From contig LLEV01000010.1 in NCBI GenBank assembly GCA_001567515.1, positions 6,801-70,800 on the forward strand: a DNA stretch of 64,000 bases. Direction: 5' to 3'. The stretch's first letter is position 1, and the number at the start of each line of letters is the position of its first letter. Source of the stretch: Microgenomates bacterium OLB22 (GTDB lineage: Bacteria > Patescibacteriota > Microgenomatia > UBA1406 > HO2-37-13b). The translations under genes and the position numbers were made by a program. Below the pieces are notes generated by a model. That model worked only from the letters and a program-made list of their open reading frames with translations. It had not been told where the DNA came from and did no database searches. Of this stretch, positions 52,792 through 63,092 are shown one piece after another.

Positions 52792-53186
52792 AGGTAGCGA
52801 ACTGCACCGTCGCTGTGGACGCTCAGGTGCAACTACTCTGTTATCCCCGGGGTAGCTTTTATCCGATAAGCCCGGTACCTCCCACGAAGTACACGAGGAT
52901 CACTAGGTCCGACTTTCGTCTCTGCTTGACTTGTGTGTCTCACAGTCAGGCATCCTTATGCCCTTGCACTATCATTCCGATTTCCATCCGGAATTAGGAT
53001 ACCTTTGAGCGCTTGCGGTACTCTTTAGCAAGCAACCTCCCCAGTTAAACTGCCTCCCAGACAGTGTCCTCTCCCTCGATCCAGAGGGATAAGTGAGAAA
53101 CTCACGTTTCAAAGAGTGGTGTTACATGATCGCCTTGCGGCTCCCACCTACGCTACACAGTCAAAACATAAATTTCAGTGCCAAGG

Positions 53187-53219
<33 letters not shown>

Positions 53220-54069
53220 TTACCAGTAGGCCGCATCTTCACAGCCATTTCAATTTCGCCGAGCAGTAGTTCAAGACAGTTTTCATCTCGTTATACCTTT
53301 CGTGCGGGCCGGAACTTACCCGGCAAGGGACTACGCTACCTTAGAACTCTCAGGGTTAGAGCTGTCGTTCACCGGAGCTTGAACCAGGACCTCACCACGC
53401 CATAGGCGGGGATCAACCCCAGTTCTTGACTTACCGGCACTGGACAGGCTTCAGCCTCTATACTTCCCGTTACCGGTTTGCAGAGACCTGAGTTTTTGCT
53501 AAACAGTCGGATGGAATTCTTTTGCTGAGCCCCGCATTGCTGCGGGGAGGGCATATCCCGAAGTTACGCCCAGCTTGTTTGCCGAGTTCCTTGAACTACC
53601 ATAACTTGATCACCTTAGTCTTCTCGACCAGTCCACCTGTGTTGGTTTGCAGTACGGATGCAGTGTACACTCCTGAACATAGCTTTTCTTGGACCCATAA
53701 CGCAACGGATTTCCCCTACCCGAGGGCAGAGTCATATTCGCAACTCCCTTGTCACCAATAAAAGCAACAAAGTCATTACTTAAACTCTCATATAGAAAGC
53801 ACCGTCTATCATAGTTCGTCACTATGCCAGTAATAACGCATACACAACAGTAGGCGAATATTAACGCCTTGTACATCGAGACTTCCCGTTCGGGAGAGCC
53901 CTTAGATCCGACTAACCCTCAGTCGATGTACGTTGCTGAGGAAACCTTGGACATTCGGTGTGCTGGATTTTCACCAGCAGAATCGCTACTCATGCCTGCA
54001 TTCTCACTTCTGCACGCTCCACCATGCCTTACAGCACAGCTTCACTGCCTGCAGAACGCTCCTCTACCA

Positions 54070-54240
54070 CACTCGTCCTCCGGGCGAGAAACTCGAATAT
54101 CTAAATTCTAAATCCGAAACAATATCAAAATCCTAATGATCAAAATTCCAAACTTTAGTAATTTGAATTTAGAAAATTTGGATTTCTCTTGAGTTTCGAG
54201 CTTAGTGCTTCGAATTTCTTGTCCGAAGGACAAGCATCTC
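54070..54240 (-). repeat. ~170-nt expansion replacing 23S helix 45, containing a copy of the AT-rich dispersed repeat
   Basis: Lies between CCGACGCUGGAG and UGGUAGAGGAGCGUUC, where E. coli has a 22-nt hairpin. Contains caatatcaaaatcc (54120-54133) and ctaaattctaaa (54101-54112). Confidence 0.7.
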
Positions 54241-54325
54241 CAGCGTCGGCAGATTGTTTAAGCCTCGATCATTTTCGGCGCATTATTGCAACCCCGCCAA
54301 AGGCGGGGAGTATTACGGTGAGCTG

Positions 54326-54367
<42 letters not shown>

Positions 54368-55890
54368 CGTCTGTCTTTGCAACAACACTTCCTTTCCCAC
54401 TTAACAATCATTTAGAGGCCTTAGCTGGAAGTCTGGGATGTTTCCCTTTTGCCTAGACTCGCTTATCCGAGCCAGACTGACTCCTCTGGAACAACTTCAC
54501 GTATTCGGAGTTTGGTTGGTTTGACTCACCGAAGCTTGACAAACCATCCAGTAGCTCTACCCCATGAAGTCTTAACAGAAGGCTATACCTAAATATATTT
54601 CGAGGAGAACCAGCTATCTCTAGGTTCGATTGGCATATTACCTCTAACCACAGCTCATCCCAAGTCATTTCACCGACAACGGGTTCGGGCCTCCCTCCGC
54701 CTTTCGGCGGAGTTCACCCTGGCCATGGTTAGCTCACCTAGTTTCGGGTCTACCTGTAGCTGCTAAAGGCCCTATTCAGACCCGCCTCCTCTCGGAGGAC
54801 TCGCTTTCGCTTCGCCTTCGCACTTTAAAGTGCTTAAACTTGCAGCGTACAGATAACTCGCAGGCTCATTCTTCAATAGGCACGATATCATCAGGTACCA
54901 GACGGTACCTGACTCTATCTGTTTGAAAGCTTATGGTTTCAGGTACTATTTCACTCCCCTCACAGGGGGACTTTTCACCTTTCCTTCACAGTACTCGTTC
55001 ACTATCGGTCGATTTGAGTATTTAGTCTTGGAGCATGACCGCCCCAGATTCCCACAAGGTTGCCGTGTCCCGTGGTACTTGGGATACCTCTAAGCCAGTG
55101 GTGCATTTCGCATACAGGACTTTCACCCCCTATGGTCGTTCATTCCAAAAACGTTTTGCTATACAACACTGATGCTATATTGAGGTCCCGCAACCCCCCG
55201 CCAAAGGCGGGGTTTAGACTCATCCGCGTTCGCTCGCCGCTACTGACGGAATCTCATATGATTTATATTCCACTAGTTACTTAGATGTTTCAGTTCACTA
55301 GGTTCCCTCCCCGATATAAAATCGGGGTCCCCCGCCTTTCAGCGGGGTGGGTTGCCCCATTCGGAAACCGCCGGTTGATCGCCTGCTAGAGGGCTCACCG
55401 ACGATATCGTGCTCATGCACACGTCCTTCTTCGGCTCAAATCGCCAAGGCATCCACCATAAGCCGTAGCTCTGATGTCTCACAAACAAAGATTCATTTTT
55501 TTTGAAAATTTGAAATTTCTTTTCAAAAGATGCATTACCTACCGTATTGTCAACGTACAGTTGCTATAAGCAACATCGTAGGCACTTTTTACATGCTCAC
55601 GAAACTGCTTATATAAAAAGGGCGCGTACCCGTCTTACTTTCCATTTGCCTTCTAGGCCTTGGTCCACCTACGCTCATACATGACCCATGGCTTACAGCA
55701 ACGCTGTCAAAGTGTTCGCTTTGGCGGGACACAAGAGTTTCTAATTCTGCACTATTTTGTATTTGCGGAAAGAAACTCTAGCGTGGACCGGAAGGGATTC
55801 CCTTTAATAAACTCAGTGTAGACTTCTCATCCCTAATCATGATCCTACTTCTGTTCTTTCATACTGAGTGAGCGTGAGCGAACCGAAGTG

Positions 55891-55963
55891 TGGACCCGAG
55901 GGGATTCGAACCCCTGACCTTCCGCGTGCAAGGCGGACGCTCTACCAACTGAGCCACGGGCCC
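55891..55963 (-). tRNA. tRNA-Ala(TGC)
   Basis: Cloverleaf with G3:U70 and anticodon loop ctTGCac. About 400 nt upstream of 23S on the same strand. Confidence 0.9.
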
Positions 55964-56280
55964 GTGCTAGACTTGCTCACAGGTCACAGAGTGCCCCCCC
56001 TAAAAACTGTAAGGTGCAAAAAAAGTCTTCATAACAATTAGAAGACGTAATGAGTATCTTAAAAAAAGTATTGACAAAAGTCAACGACAAACGCACAAGT
56101 TGTCATGCATGTTTGCCGCCGCTGATAGGAGAAGAGATGTTCAGGCTCCAGTGCGAACAGGCTTAAAGCTATATTTCATGTATGTAAATGTATAGTACCA
56201 GGTCAGATGTCTTAATACAACTGCTAAATTTGAAGTCAAAGCGTTAATATCAAGACCACATAGTAAAACTATAAATTCAC

Positions 56281-56360
56281 GTCATTCTTCTCCCGCCATG
56301 GCGAGAAAAATCTAAGTAGTTGGTCATTTTTGACCTCAATCTTTATTTCATCAGAATGAT
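56281..56360. repeat. palindromic intergenic element, copy 4
   Basis: gtcattcttctcccgccatggcgagaaaaatctaag...tttcatcagaatgat. Confidence 0.7.
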
Positions 56361-56450
56361 GTTATCTCTGGCTTTGATATATGATATTTGAGTTTCTTAC
56401 GCAATCTGCTATACTATGGGCAGCACCTTTCGTAATCAAAGGAGTACTGC

Positions 56451-57005
56451 GTGTCTTCGACAGATAGCTTTTCCAGAGATAGTAGTAGTCTACAGACAAA
56501 AGTGGCTTTTCCCAGTCTTAAAAAGATTTTCCTTTCATGGACTGGTCAGGTACTTCTCACCATTCCTGGCCTATTTATACTAATCACCGTTTTGGGAAGG
56601 ACAGTACGTGTTTCAAGTCTCTCTTCATCAGATACTATCCCTTATCTGCATAAGAATGATATTGTATACCTTGAACCAAATTCGACTATTAGCATGACTT
56701 TGAGATCCCCGCAGTATTTTGCACTCGTACTCGCTGATGGAGCACTACTAGAGAGCCAAGGGCCTCGATACGACATGCTCTTTGGGATTAATATGCAGCT
56801 CAGTGGGCGAAAGCAGGAGGGTTTCCGAGTTAGCGAAGCAACAGATCTCGTCTACGTGTCCAAGTTAGAACATCACGGAAATTTTACTGTAAAGTCGTCA
56901 CTTGGTTTTCCCGCGATTAATGACTTTGATGTCGGTTTTTTAAGCTTTTTTGGACGTCTCCTTCTGTGTATAGCATGGATTTTAGCATTTCTAAGTCGTC
57001 TCTAG
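56451..57005 (+). CDS. paralog family B bitopic membrane protein 1
   Basis: GTG after AAAGGAG. Ser-rich N-terminus, TM segment, LHKNDIVYLEP motif, C-terminal TM segment. Confidence 0.7.
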   Translation: MSSTDSFSRDSSSLQTKVAFPSLKKIFLSWTGQVLLTIPGLFILITVLGRTVRVSSLSSSDTIPYLHKNDIVYLEPNSTISMTLRSPQYFALVLADGALLESQGPRYDMLFGINMQLSGRKQEGFRVSEATDLVYVSKLEHHGNFTVKSSLGFPAINDFDVGFLSFFGRLLLCIAWILAFLSRL

Positions 57006-57014
57006 TCCAGCATC

Positions 57015-57038
57015 CCCCGCCTATGCGGGGTTTTTTTT
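57015..57038 (+). terminator. rho-independent terminator
   Basis: ccccgc-ctat-gcgggg followed by T8. Confidence 0.85.
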
Positions 57039-57099
57039 GTAGTACCCTATAAAGATTGTGTTATACTGGTGGCTTGCACCTTGCAGAAAGGAGTTTCTG

Positions 57100-57690
57100 A
57101 TGAGTTCTTCAAGCTCTCTAGATAATCCTGTTAGGACTAAGACTAAGGTTGAGTGGGGCATACTGAAAGGTTTTTGGCGATGGTTGCTGCATACCAATTC
57201 GGGCGGCATCTTTGGATTTAGTTTTATTATCATCGTGATTACACTCTTGGGTTGGTACATACCGATATATTCTGTCACCCATACTGAGATCTCACCCCCA
57301 AAGTATCTGCATGAGGGTGACCTTTTCACACTGAACAACAATATTCTTGGACCACCAACCGACAGTGTTACGATCACATTGGTCTCCAAGCAGCCATTTA
57401 CCATCTCGTTAGACCTGGGGGAAAATACTAGGGAAGTACCGGCCGAACTCACCTTTGACCAGCGCTACTGGATCAAGAACCAGGTGATACGTAATCTTGG
57501 ATTTAAGATAGTTAAAGCGCAAGCAGTTGTACAGAATTATCAGTACTATAGTAGGGATGTGCCATACACCATAGTAACAACACATGGCTATCCGATCATC
57601 AACAATACCTCATGGTTGATACTATCATGGCTCATCAGAGGGCTATGTTTTGTGATTTTGATTGTTACCCTCATGTTTTGGACAAACTAA
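57100..57690 (+). CDS. paralog family B bitopic membrane protein 2
   Basis: MSSSSSLDN N-terminus, TM segment, LHEGDLFTL, GFKIVKAQA, C-terminal TM segment. Confidence 0.7.
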   Translation: MSSSSSLDNPVRTKTKVEWGILKGFWRWLLHTNSGGIFGFSFIIIVITLLGWYIPIYSVTHTEISPPKYLHEGDLFTLNNNILGPPTDSVTITLVSKQPFTISLDLGENTREVPAELTFDQRYWIKNQVIRNLGFKIVKAQAVVQNYQYYSRDVPYTIVTTHGYPIINNTSWLILSWLIRGLCFVILIVTLMFWTN

Positions 57691-57700
57691 GGAGTAGATC

Positions 57701-58111
57701 ATGCATAGCCCGGTTATCGATACTCTCATTAGAATGATCGAAACGAGAGATCCGACGCTAGTAAATTTTGATTCAACTAATCTTAGGACGTTTGAGCCCC
57801 AAGATATCTTAGACGCAAAGCGCATAGTTGTGAGTGTCAATGAGCGCATCGAACTCTTGGTTCGTCGCGGTCATCGTACCTACGGTGACGTACGCCTGAT
57901 CGTGACATTTATGGCACAAGCGCTTACTAAGGCATATCCAAACAGCATTACAGTTCACAGTGCTCCTGAATGTGTAGTACTCGGAAGAACGCAGAGTCTT
58001 GCTGAGCTTTACAGCAATATGCTGCGCCCATTTGGACCTAATCTCGATGCTCTACCAGCAGCGCTCGATCGACAGGTGATTAAGTTTAAGTCGTTGTTGT
58101 CTGAAGTTTGA
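57701..58111 (+). CDS. hypothetical soluble protein embedded in the family B array
   Basis: AAGGAG SD site. 136 aa with no TM segment and no motif. Confidence 0.55.
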   Translation: MHSPVIDTLIRMIETRDPTLVNFDSTNLRTFEPQDILDAKRIVVSVNERIELLVRRGHRTYGDVRLIVTFMAQALTKAYPNSITVHSAPECVVLGRTQSLAELYSNMLRPFGPNLDALPAALDRQVIKFKSLLSEV

Positions 58112-58275
58112 GATCTATTCCCCTTTCCATCCGTTTAACAGAGTGGTCAGGGGATTTTTTTGTCTTGAAGACATTTCAAAGTATTTATTCATAGAAAAAA
58201 GCATCGCTTGATAACTATGGGCTCTATGGTATACTACTACCGTTCGTTCACAACCCGTAGACCAAGGAGTAAAGG

Positions 58276-58794
58276 ATGTCTAGTTCTACTTCTAGTAGTA
58301 CACACACACGGTCAGCTCGCTCCTATGTGAGAGCCTTTTTTCTCCATCTAAAGGCTAAGGACATTCTCCTGCTTTGTGTACTTGGGATTATCGTCTACTT
58401 TAGACTCCAACCCACTAATGTCCGATCGATGGAATATGCAGATAACCTCCATCAAGGAGATATCGTCTATGTGCGTGCACCATCTACAGTCACACTAAAA
58501 TCAGAAGAGGCATTTGCGATCAGCACCTATGATGAGGATAAGAAGATCGTCCTTCGCGAGTCGGTGAAAAGCACAGTGGATGGGAAGCACTGGCTTTTTG
58601 ACTTTCCCATCCAGGCCTTTGCCATGAAGGTTGTAAGCGCAACAGCTGAGATTGAAACAACTCGATGGACAGGCTCTCCTACCAAAGTAGAGTCTATGAC
58701 ACCTATCTATCATACCTTGAGCACACGCATGGCAATATGGCTTTGTGGCATTGCTGTTGTTATCTGGCTGCTTGTAACCGCAAGTCTATACTAA
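58276..58794 (+). CDS. paralog family B bitopic membrane protein 3
   Basis: MSSSTSSSTH N-terminus, LHQGDIVYVRAPSTVTLKS, MKVVSATAEIE, C-terminal TM segment. Confidence 0.75.
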   Translation: MSSSTSSSTHTRSARSYVRAFFLHLKAKDILLLCVLGIIVYFRLQPTNVRSMEYADNLHQGDIVYVRAPSTVTLKSEEAFAISTYDEDKKIVLRESVKSTVDGKHWLFDFPIQAFAMKVVSATAEIETTRWTGSPTKVESMTPIYHTLSTRMAIWLCGIAVVIWLLVTASLY

Positions 58795-58807
58795 AGGAGA
58801 TCGTGAG

Positions 58808-59335
58808 ATGAGCAGCTCTAGTACCACAACGAGACTTGACTTTAGCCTGCTAACACGGCTGATGAATTTTATATTCTCACGTGGGGGATGGACCTTTATC
58901 GCGCTACCAGGTCTCTTTGCGCTGACGTTCTATTTTGGTTCACTGCGCATACACACATATTACGGAACCCTGGGCGAACTCGTCCTTCACCAGGAAGACC
59001 TGGTCTATCTGGGTGAGTACGTTGATGAGGCACAACTGCAGATGATGAGCAATGAACCCTTTGTGGTACTGGGGAGCAAGGGTGGATCAGAGCAGCGTTT
59101 TGATTCAGCTCAGGCCCTTGACTACAAGCAATGGGCAAGTCCTGTCTCGGATGAGGTTGGCTTTAAAGTTATCAGTGCTACTGCTCCGATCTATGTACGA
59201 GAGGTGACGACTAGTCCTAAGGACAAGCCTCTACAGTATGTATCAAAGGTTGGGTGGCTGCGTAGTGAGGCATCAATACTGGCGGGAGTTCCTATGTTGT
59301 TGCTGCGACTCATCATGGTCTTTCTTTTTTTATAA
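58808..59335 (+). CDS. paralog family B bitopic membrane protein 4
   Basis: MSSSSTTTR N-terminus, LHQEDLVYL, GFKVISATAPIY, C-terminal TM segment. Confidence 0.75.
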   Translation: MSSSSTTTRLDFSLLTRLMNFIFSRGGWTFIALPGLFALTFYFGSLRIHTYYGTLGELVLHQEDLVYLGEYVDEAQLQMMSNEPFVVLGSKGGSEQRFDSAQALDYKQWASPVSDEVGFKVISATAPIYVREVTTSPKDKPLQYVSKVGWLRSEASILAGVPMLLLRLIMVFLFL

Positions 59336-59380
59336 GAGCATTAGGACCATCGCTCTGACCACACACAACAGGTCCCACCA

Positions 59381-59887
59381 ATGAGTGGGCATCGTCGCTC
59401 ATACAGTGTCCATCCAGTTCGTGCCTTTTTCTTGCTATTGTGTATGGGTTTGCTTGGCTGGTCCTTTTACTATACCCATGGTAAAGTGCATAAGCTTGAT
59501 TGGCTTCCGGACCACCTATATCCACATGATATAGTCTATCTGAATGGGACCCCAGCACTCACCCTCACACTAAAGTCTGATAGGACATTTACTATTGCGA
59601 CTCGTGACATCGCTGGAGAACATATCCGGACAGCCCAGATGAAGGTCGATGGGAAATACTGGATGGTAGCTCACAGCAACATGATAGGCATAAAGGTCAT
59701 GAGTGCAACGGAGCGGATAGACATTACAGCCACCTCATGTCTCTGCGATTTTGACGATGTCTCGGTGGCCTCACAACAGGGTCATACAAGGAATGAGGTT
59801 GCTTTTTTCAAATACATGGCTTATGGCTTACGAGTAATGCTTGTTCTAGCTCTTCTGGTATCACTTCTCCCCTGGGAAGGGAGCTAG
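59381..59887 (+). CDS. paralog family B bitopic membrane protein 5
   Basis: LYPHDIVYLNGTPALTLTLKS, GIKVMSATERID, C-terminal TM segment. Confidence 0.75.
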   Translation: MSGHRRSYSVHPVRAFFLLLCMGLLGWSFYYTHGKVHKLDWLPDHLYPHDIVYLNGTPALTLTLKSDRTFTIATRDIAGEHIRTAQMKVDGKYWMVAHSNMIGIKVMSATERIDITATSCLCDFDDVSVASQQGHTRNEVAFFKYMAYGLRVMLVLALLVSLLPWEGS

Positions 59888-60050
59888 GCAAAGAACATTC
59901 TCCAGACCAAACTCGCCCCTCAATGATCAGGTACACAAATATACTTGATACTGAGGGGCTTTTTTATGCACAACTCAAACCTATTGCGTGCTATGGGCTT
60001 TTATGATATACTACGCACGTTCTTTGAAAACAAAACGAAAGGAGAAAGAG

Positions 60051-61010
60051 ATGCGAAATCGACTTGTCATTGATGTCGAAAATGGAGTCGCGGATGTAAC
60101 CTCTTTCGAGAATCTTGGCGAAGTTCCAATCATCGAGGCAAATAGGCCTGTGGCCTTTTGGGACCTCCCAGAATTCTTTCGCCGCTTACGATACCGAGAT
60201 GCAGTGCTTGACTTCAGTCGGGTAGCATCACATACACAGCCCCTTCCCACTCTTAGTGAGGGGGACTTGGTGGGGATGTTCACTCGATCATGGGAGCCGC
60301 GAATCATCCCGCAATTGCGTGATGGTAGATTGATCTGTGTCAGAAATGTTCCAGCAGGTACTGTGTATGTTGTTGAATTTCCTTGTGGCCTTAGGCCGAT
60401 CTATGAGCAATTTGATAGCAAATCTTCAGTAAGACGACCTATGGTAGCAGTACCATACGTCTATCTGGTGATTTGCATGAAGGAGTCCGGAGAGCTTTTC
60501 AACGATCCACATGGGATATCTGTCTTCTACAGTAGGACAGAGGCTGTCGATATGGACCACCAACTCTATGCCTCAAATCTTCCTAATGTCCGAGATGTAC
60601 AGAGTGTATGTCTCTCAAAAGATACTAAGGCTCCCGACACGAAGCTTTCGATCAAGGAAAAGCTTGATTTTTGGGTTGACGCGTTTTGGAATACCATCTT
60701 CAGTCGTTCCATTGATGACGAAGGCGTTGTCAGTAATTTTATGTATTATGCGTCTAATGTCCGGGGTTGTCCGCGGAGTTTTGCTGAGTGGGAACGGGTA
60801 TCTACCCGAACTCCTCGATTTTTCCTTGGAGTCCCTCTTGTGGGTCTTTCCCAGGAGAGAAGACTACTCACGGGTGGATCAGAGACTGATCTTACCTTGT
60901 CTGATGTGGTCTTGCCTGCTCGGTATAGAAAGCCGAAAAAGGTAATGGATCTATTTAAGATTCTCGGAGCTAGTCTACAAGCAGAAAAGGAAAAGGGAGC
61001 AAAGAAGTGA
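60051..61010 (+). CDS. candidate E2-like (UBC-fold) protein of the Ubl cassette
   Basis: ATG after AAAGGAGAAAGAG. YASNLPNVRDVQSVCLSKD resembles the E2 HPN-x(n)-C active-site strand. First gene of the coupled operon. Confidence 0.45.
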   Translation: MRNRLVIDVENGVADVTSFENLGEVPIIEANRPVAFWDLPEFFRRLRYRDAVLDFSRVASHTQPLPTLSEGDLVGMFTRSWEPRIIPQLRDGRLICVRNVPAGTVYVVEFPCGLRPIYEQFDSKSSVRRPMVAVPYVYLVICMKESGELFNDPHGISVFYSRTEAVDMDHQLYASNLPNVRDVQSVCLSKDTKAPDTKLSIKEKLDFWVDAFWNTIFSRSIDDEGVVSNFMYYASNVRGCPRSFAEWERVSTRTPRFFLGVPLVGLSQERRLLTGGSETDLTLSDVVLPARYRKPKKVMDLFKILGASLQAEKEKGAKK

Positions 61011-61796
61011 TCTACTGGACTGAGGAACTGAGCCGAAAGCCGTTTCCCCTGGATTATGAGGGCTGCGTGGTTGCAAGCAACGGTACTTTTTATGCAGCTA
61101 CAATTTCATGTAAAAACGTCCCAGTGATCACGGTGATCAAACCTTACTTGACAGGTAGCGGTGACATTGAGGTTGCCAGAGGGCTACGTCTAGCTCCATT
61201 TATGTTGACTACCAAGATGCACGTACCCATGATTTCGAGGTCCATTCAAGACACTACTCTGAGATTTTTCCAAGATGTCTATGCACGGATGGCTCAATCT
61301 GAAGCACTTGTGCTCCTGCACTTTTCACCAACTGAGATGGCTTGGGCTCAGGATGCCCCACCTCAGGTGGTTAACCCAGTGTCGGTAGCACCTGAGCCGC
61401 ACCCGTCTCCTATGGGATACAACCTGATGGGTGATATCCACTCTCATGGTCATTATCCGGCAAGACATTCTGCCGACGATGTGAAGTCGGCTCGTACTAC
61501 CGGGGATCTACATTACATTTGGTGACATCACTGAGTTCAATTATTCTGTTGATGTCATAGTCTGTACTAACAATGGCCTACTATTGTCAGTTAATCCCCA
61601 CGCAGTACTTCAAAGTGCTCAGGGTGCAGATTTCCCGGCCGAATGGAATGGACGAGTCAGAGGGCCGATGACGGCAGTGACTCGTGCTACGCACGCGGTG
61701 CGAGAGACATTTCAGCATATGTTTAGCCGAGGCCCGAAGCCTGCAAAGGCTACTAAGCACCCGACACCAATAGTCAAGGAGCCTAGAGATGTCTAG
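61007..61796 (+). CDS. JAB/MPN+ (JAMM) metallopeptidase, frame break near 61495-61505
   Basis: The GTG start overlaps the upstream stop (GTGA). YEGC Glu motif and HSHGHYPARHSADD = HxHx7SxxD. Continues in the +1 frame as PGIYITFGDITEF... Confidence 0.75.
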
Positions 61797-62519
61797 ACGT
61801 ATTGTTGTTGTAGGGTGTGGCGGGATTGCAGATCACCTTCTGCATTGTTTGATGATGGTGCTTGGTCAACAAAACCGTGATCCCTATGAAGTAGTTCTCG
61901 TAGATGGGGACGCGTTTGACGAGACGAACAGAGCTCGGCAAACGTTTAGACGGCTTGGTCCTAAGGCGTATGTACGTCGTGAGGAGCTTGGGGTGATCTA
62001 TCCACATGTTTCTATTGACGCATTCCCTTTTTTCTTGTCAGATCGACCTGATCAACTGAAGCTGCCGACGGTCAAGCATCCAAGTGAAGTTATCATGGAG
62101 GGTGATGAAATCTTCCTCTGTGTTGACAATCTTGATGCTCGTCGTGCAATTTCAGTCGTAGCCGAACAGTTGAGTAACGTCCTTATCATTGATGGTGGCA
62201 ACGAGCTGACGACTGGGCTCGTGACGTATCACCTTCGTATAAATGGAGTTGATGTAAGCCCACCCGCGACGAAATTTAGGCAGATGTAGCAAATGCTCCT
62301 CCTAGAGACTATACCCCTGGATGTACCGATATGATGGAAAAGCATCCCCAACTTGCTATCACCAATATGGGTGTTGCAGTTGATATGCTTCGAGTCTGGC
62401 ATGCTCATCATAATGACATGCGTGTCGCTCATCAGGTATACTCATCCTTGCACGAACCAGTGCGCGGCAACAAGGACTTTCACGGTCCCGCCGTGCGGTC
62501 CTCGTGCTACGAAAGCTGA
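61789..62519 (+). CDS. ThiF/E1-like adenylyltransferase, frame break at 62280-62287
   Basis: The ATG overlaps the JAB stop (ATGTCTAG). VVVGCGGIA Rossmann loop, VDGDAFDETNRARQ, CVDNLDARR. Continues as ...PGCTDMMEKHPQLAITNMGVAVDML. Confidence 0.75.
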
Positions 62520-62531
62520 GGGAGGTCAACC

Positions 62532-62801
62532 ATGCCTAAGGATGGAGTCAGGGTAATTGAGTTTACGGAGGGAGAACTCGATCAAACCATGATCGAGATT
62601 TCCTACGGATCTCGCACAGCGGACATGTTCGTCCGAGACGTGATCGGGAATACTCCTCGTCAGATATTCATGCGGGCCGGATGGTCGATAGATCCTAAAA
62701 CTACTTTTTTTGTTGACGGGAAGGGATTTGACCCTGATCGTCGGATAGAGGAAATTAGTTACCGTATCGAGGCCCAGCCCCCGCGAGCTCCCAAGGGTTA
62801 G
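62532..62801 (+). CDS. candidate ubiquitin-like (beta-grasp) protein ending in C-terminal Gly
   Basis: GGGAGG SD site. 89 aa ending ...PRAPKG-stop. Positioned after the E1. Hairpin terminators follow. Confidence 0.55.
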   Translation: MPKDGVRVIEFTEGELDQTMIEISYGSRTADMFVRDVIGNTPRQIFMRAGWSIDPKTTFFVDGKGFDPDRRIEEISYRIEAQPPRAPKG

Positions 62802-63092
62802 GCTTAACTCCGCATCAATGCGGTAGTGCCTCGCAATGGCGGGCAATGCCCCCTCCAAAGTCCCGCCATGGCGGGCACCGAGGGATGGGTTTTTATGACC
62901 TGAGCAAGTAGCCTGCTGTAATAAAATGAGAAGGTAAGATCAAGAGAATCAAGGTCATAGGAGCCTATTGCCTACCCATAGATCATGGGTAGTTCAATTT
63001 CTGCATTTCAACAGCACTGACTTTTGAATTTTAAGTTTCGCGCTTTATTTGATATACTATGAGCAGTACTTTTATCGACAAAGGAGGCACAT

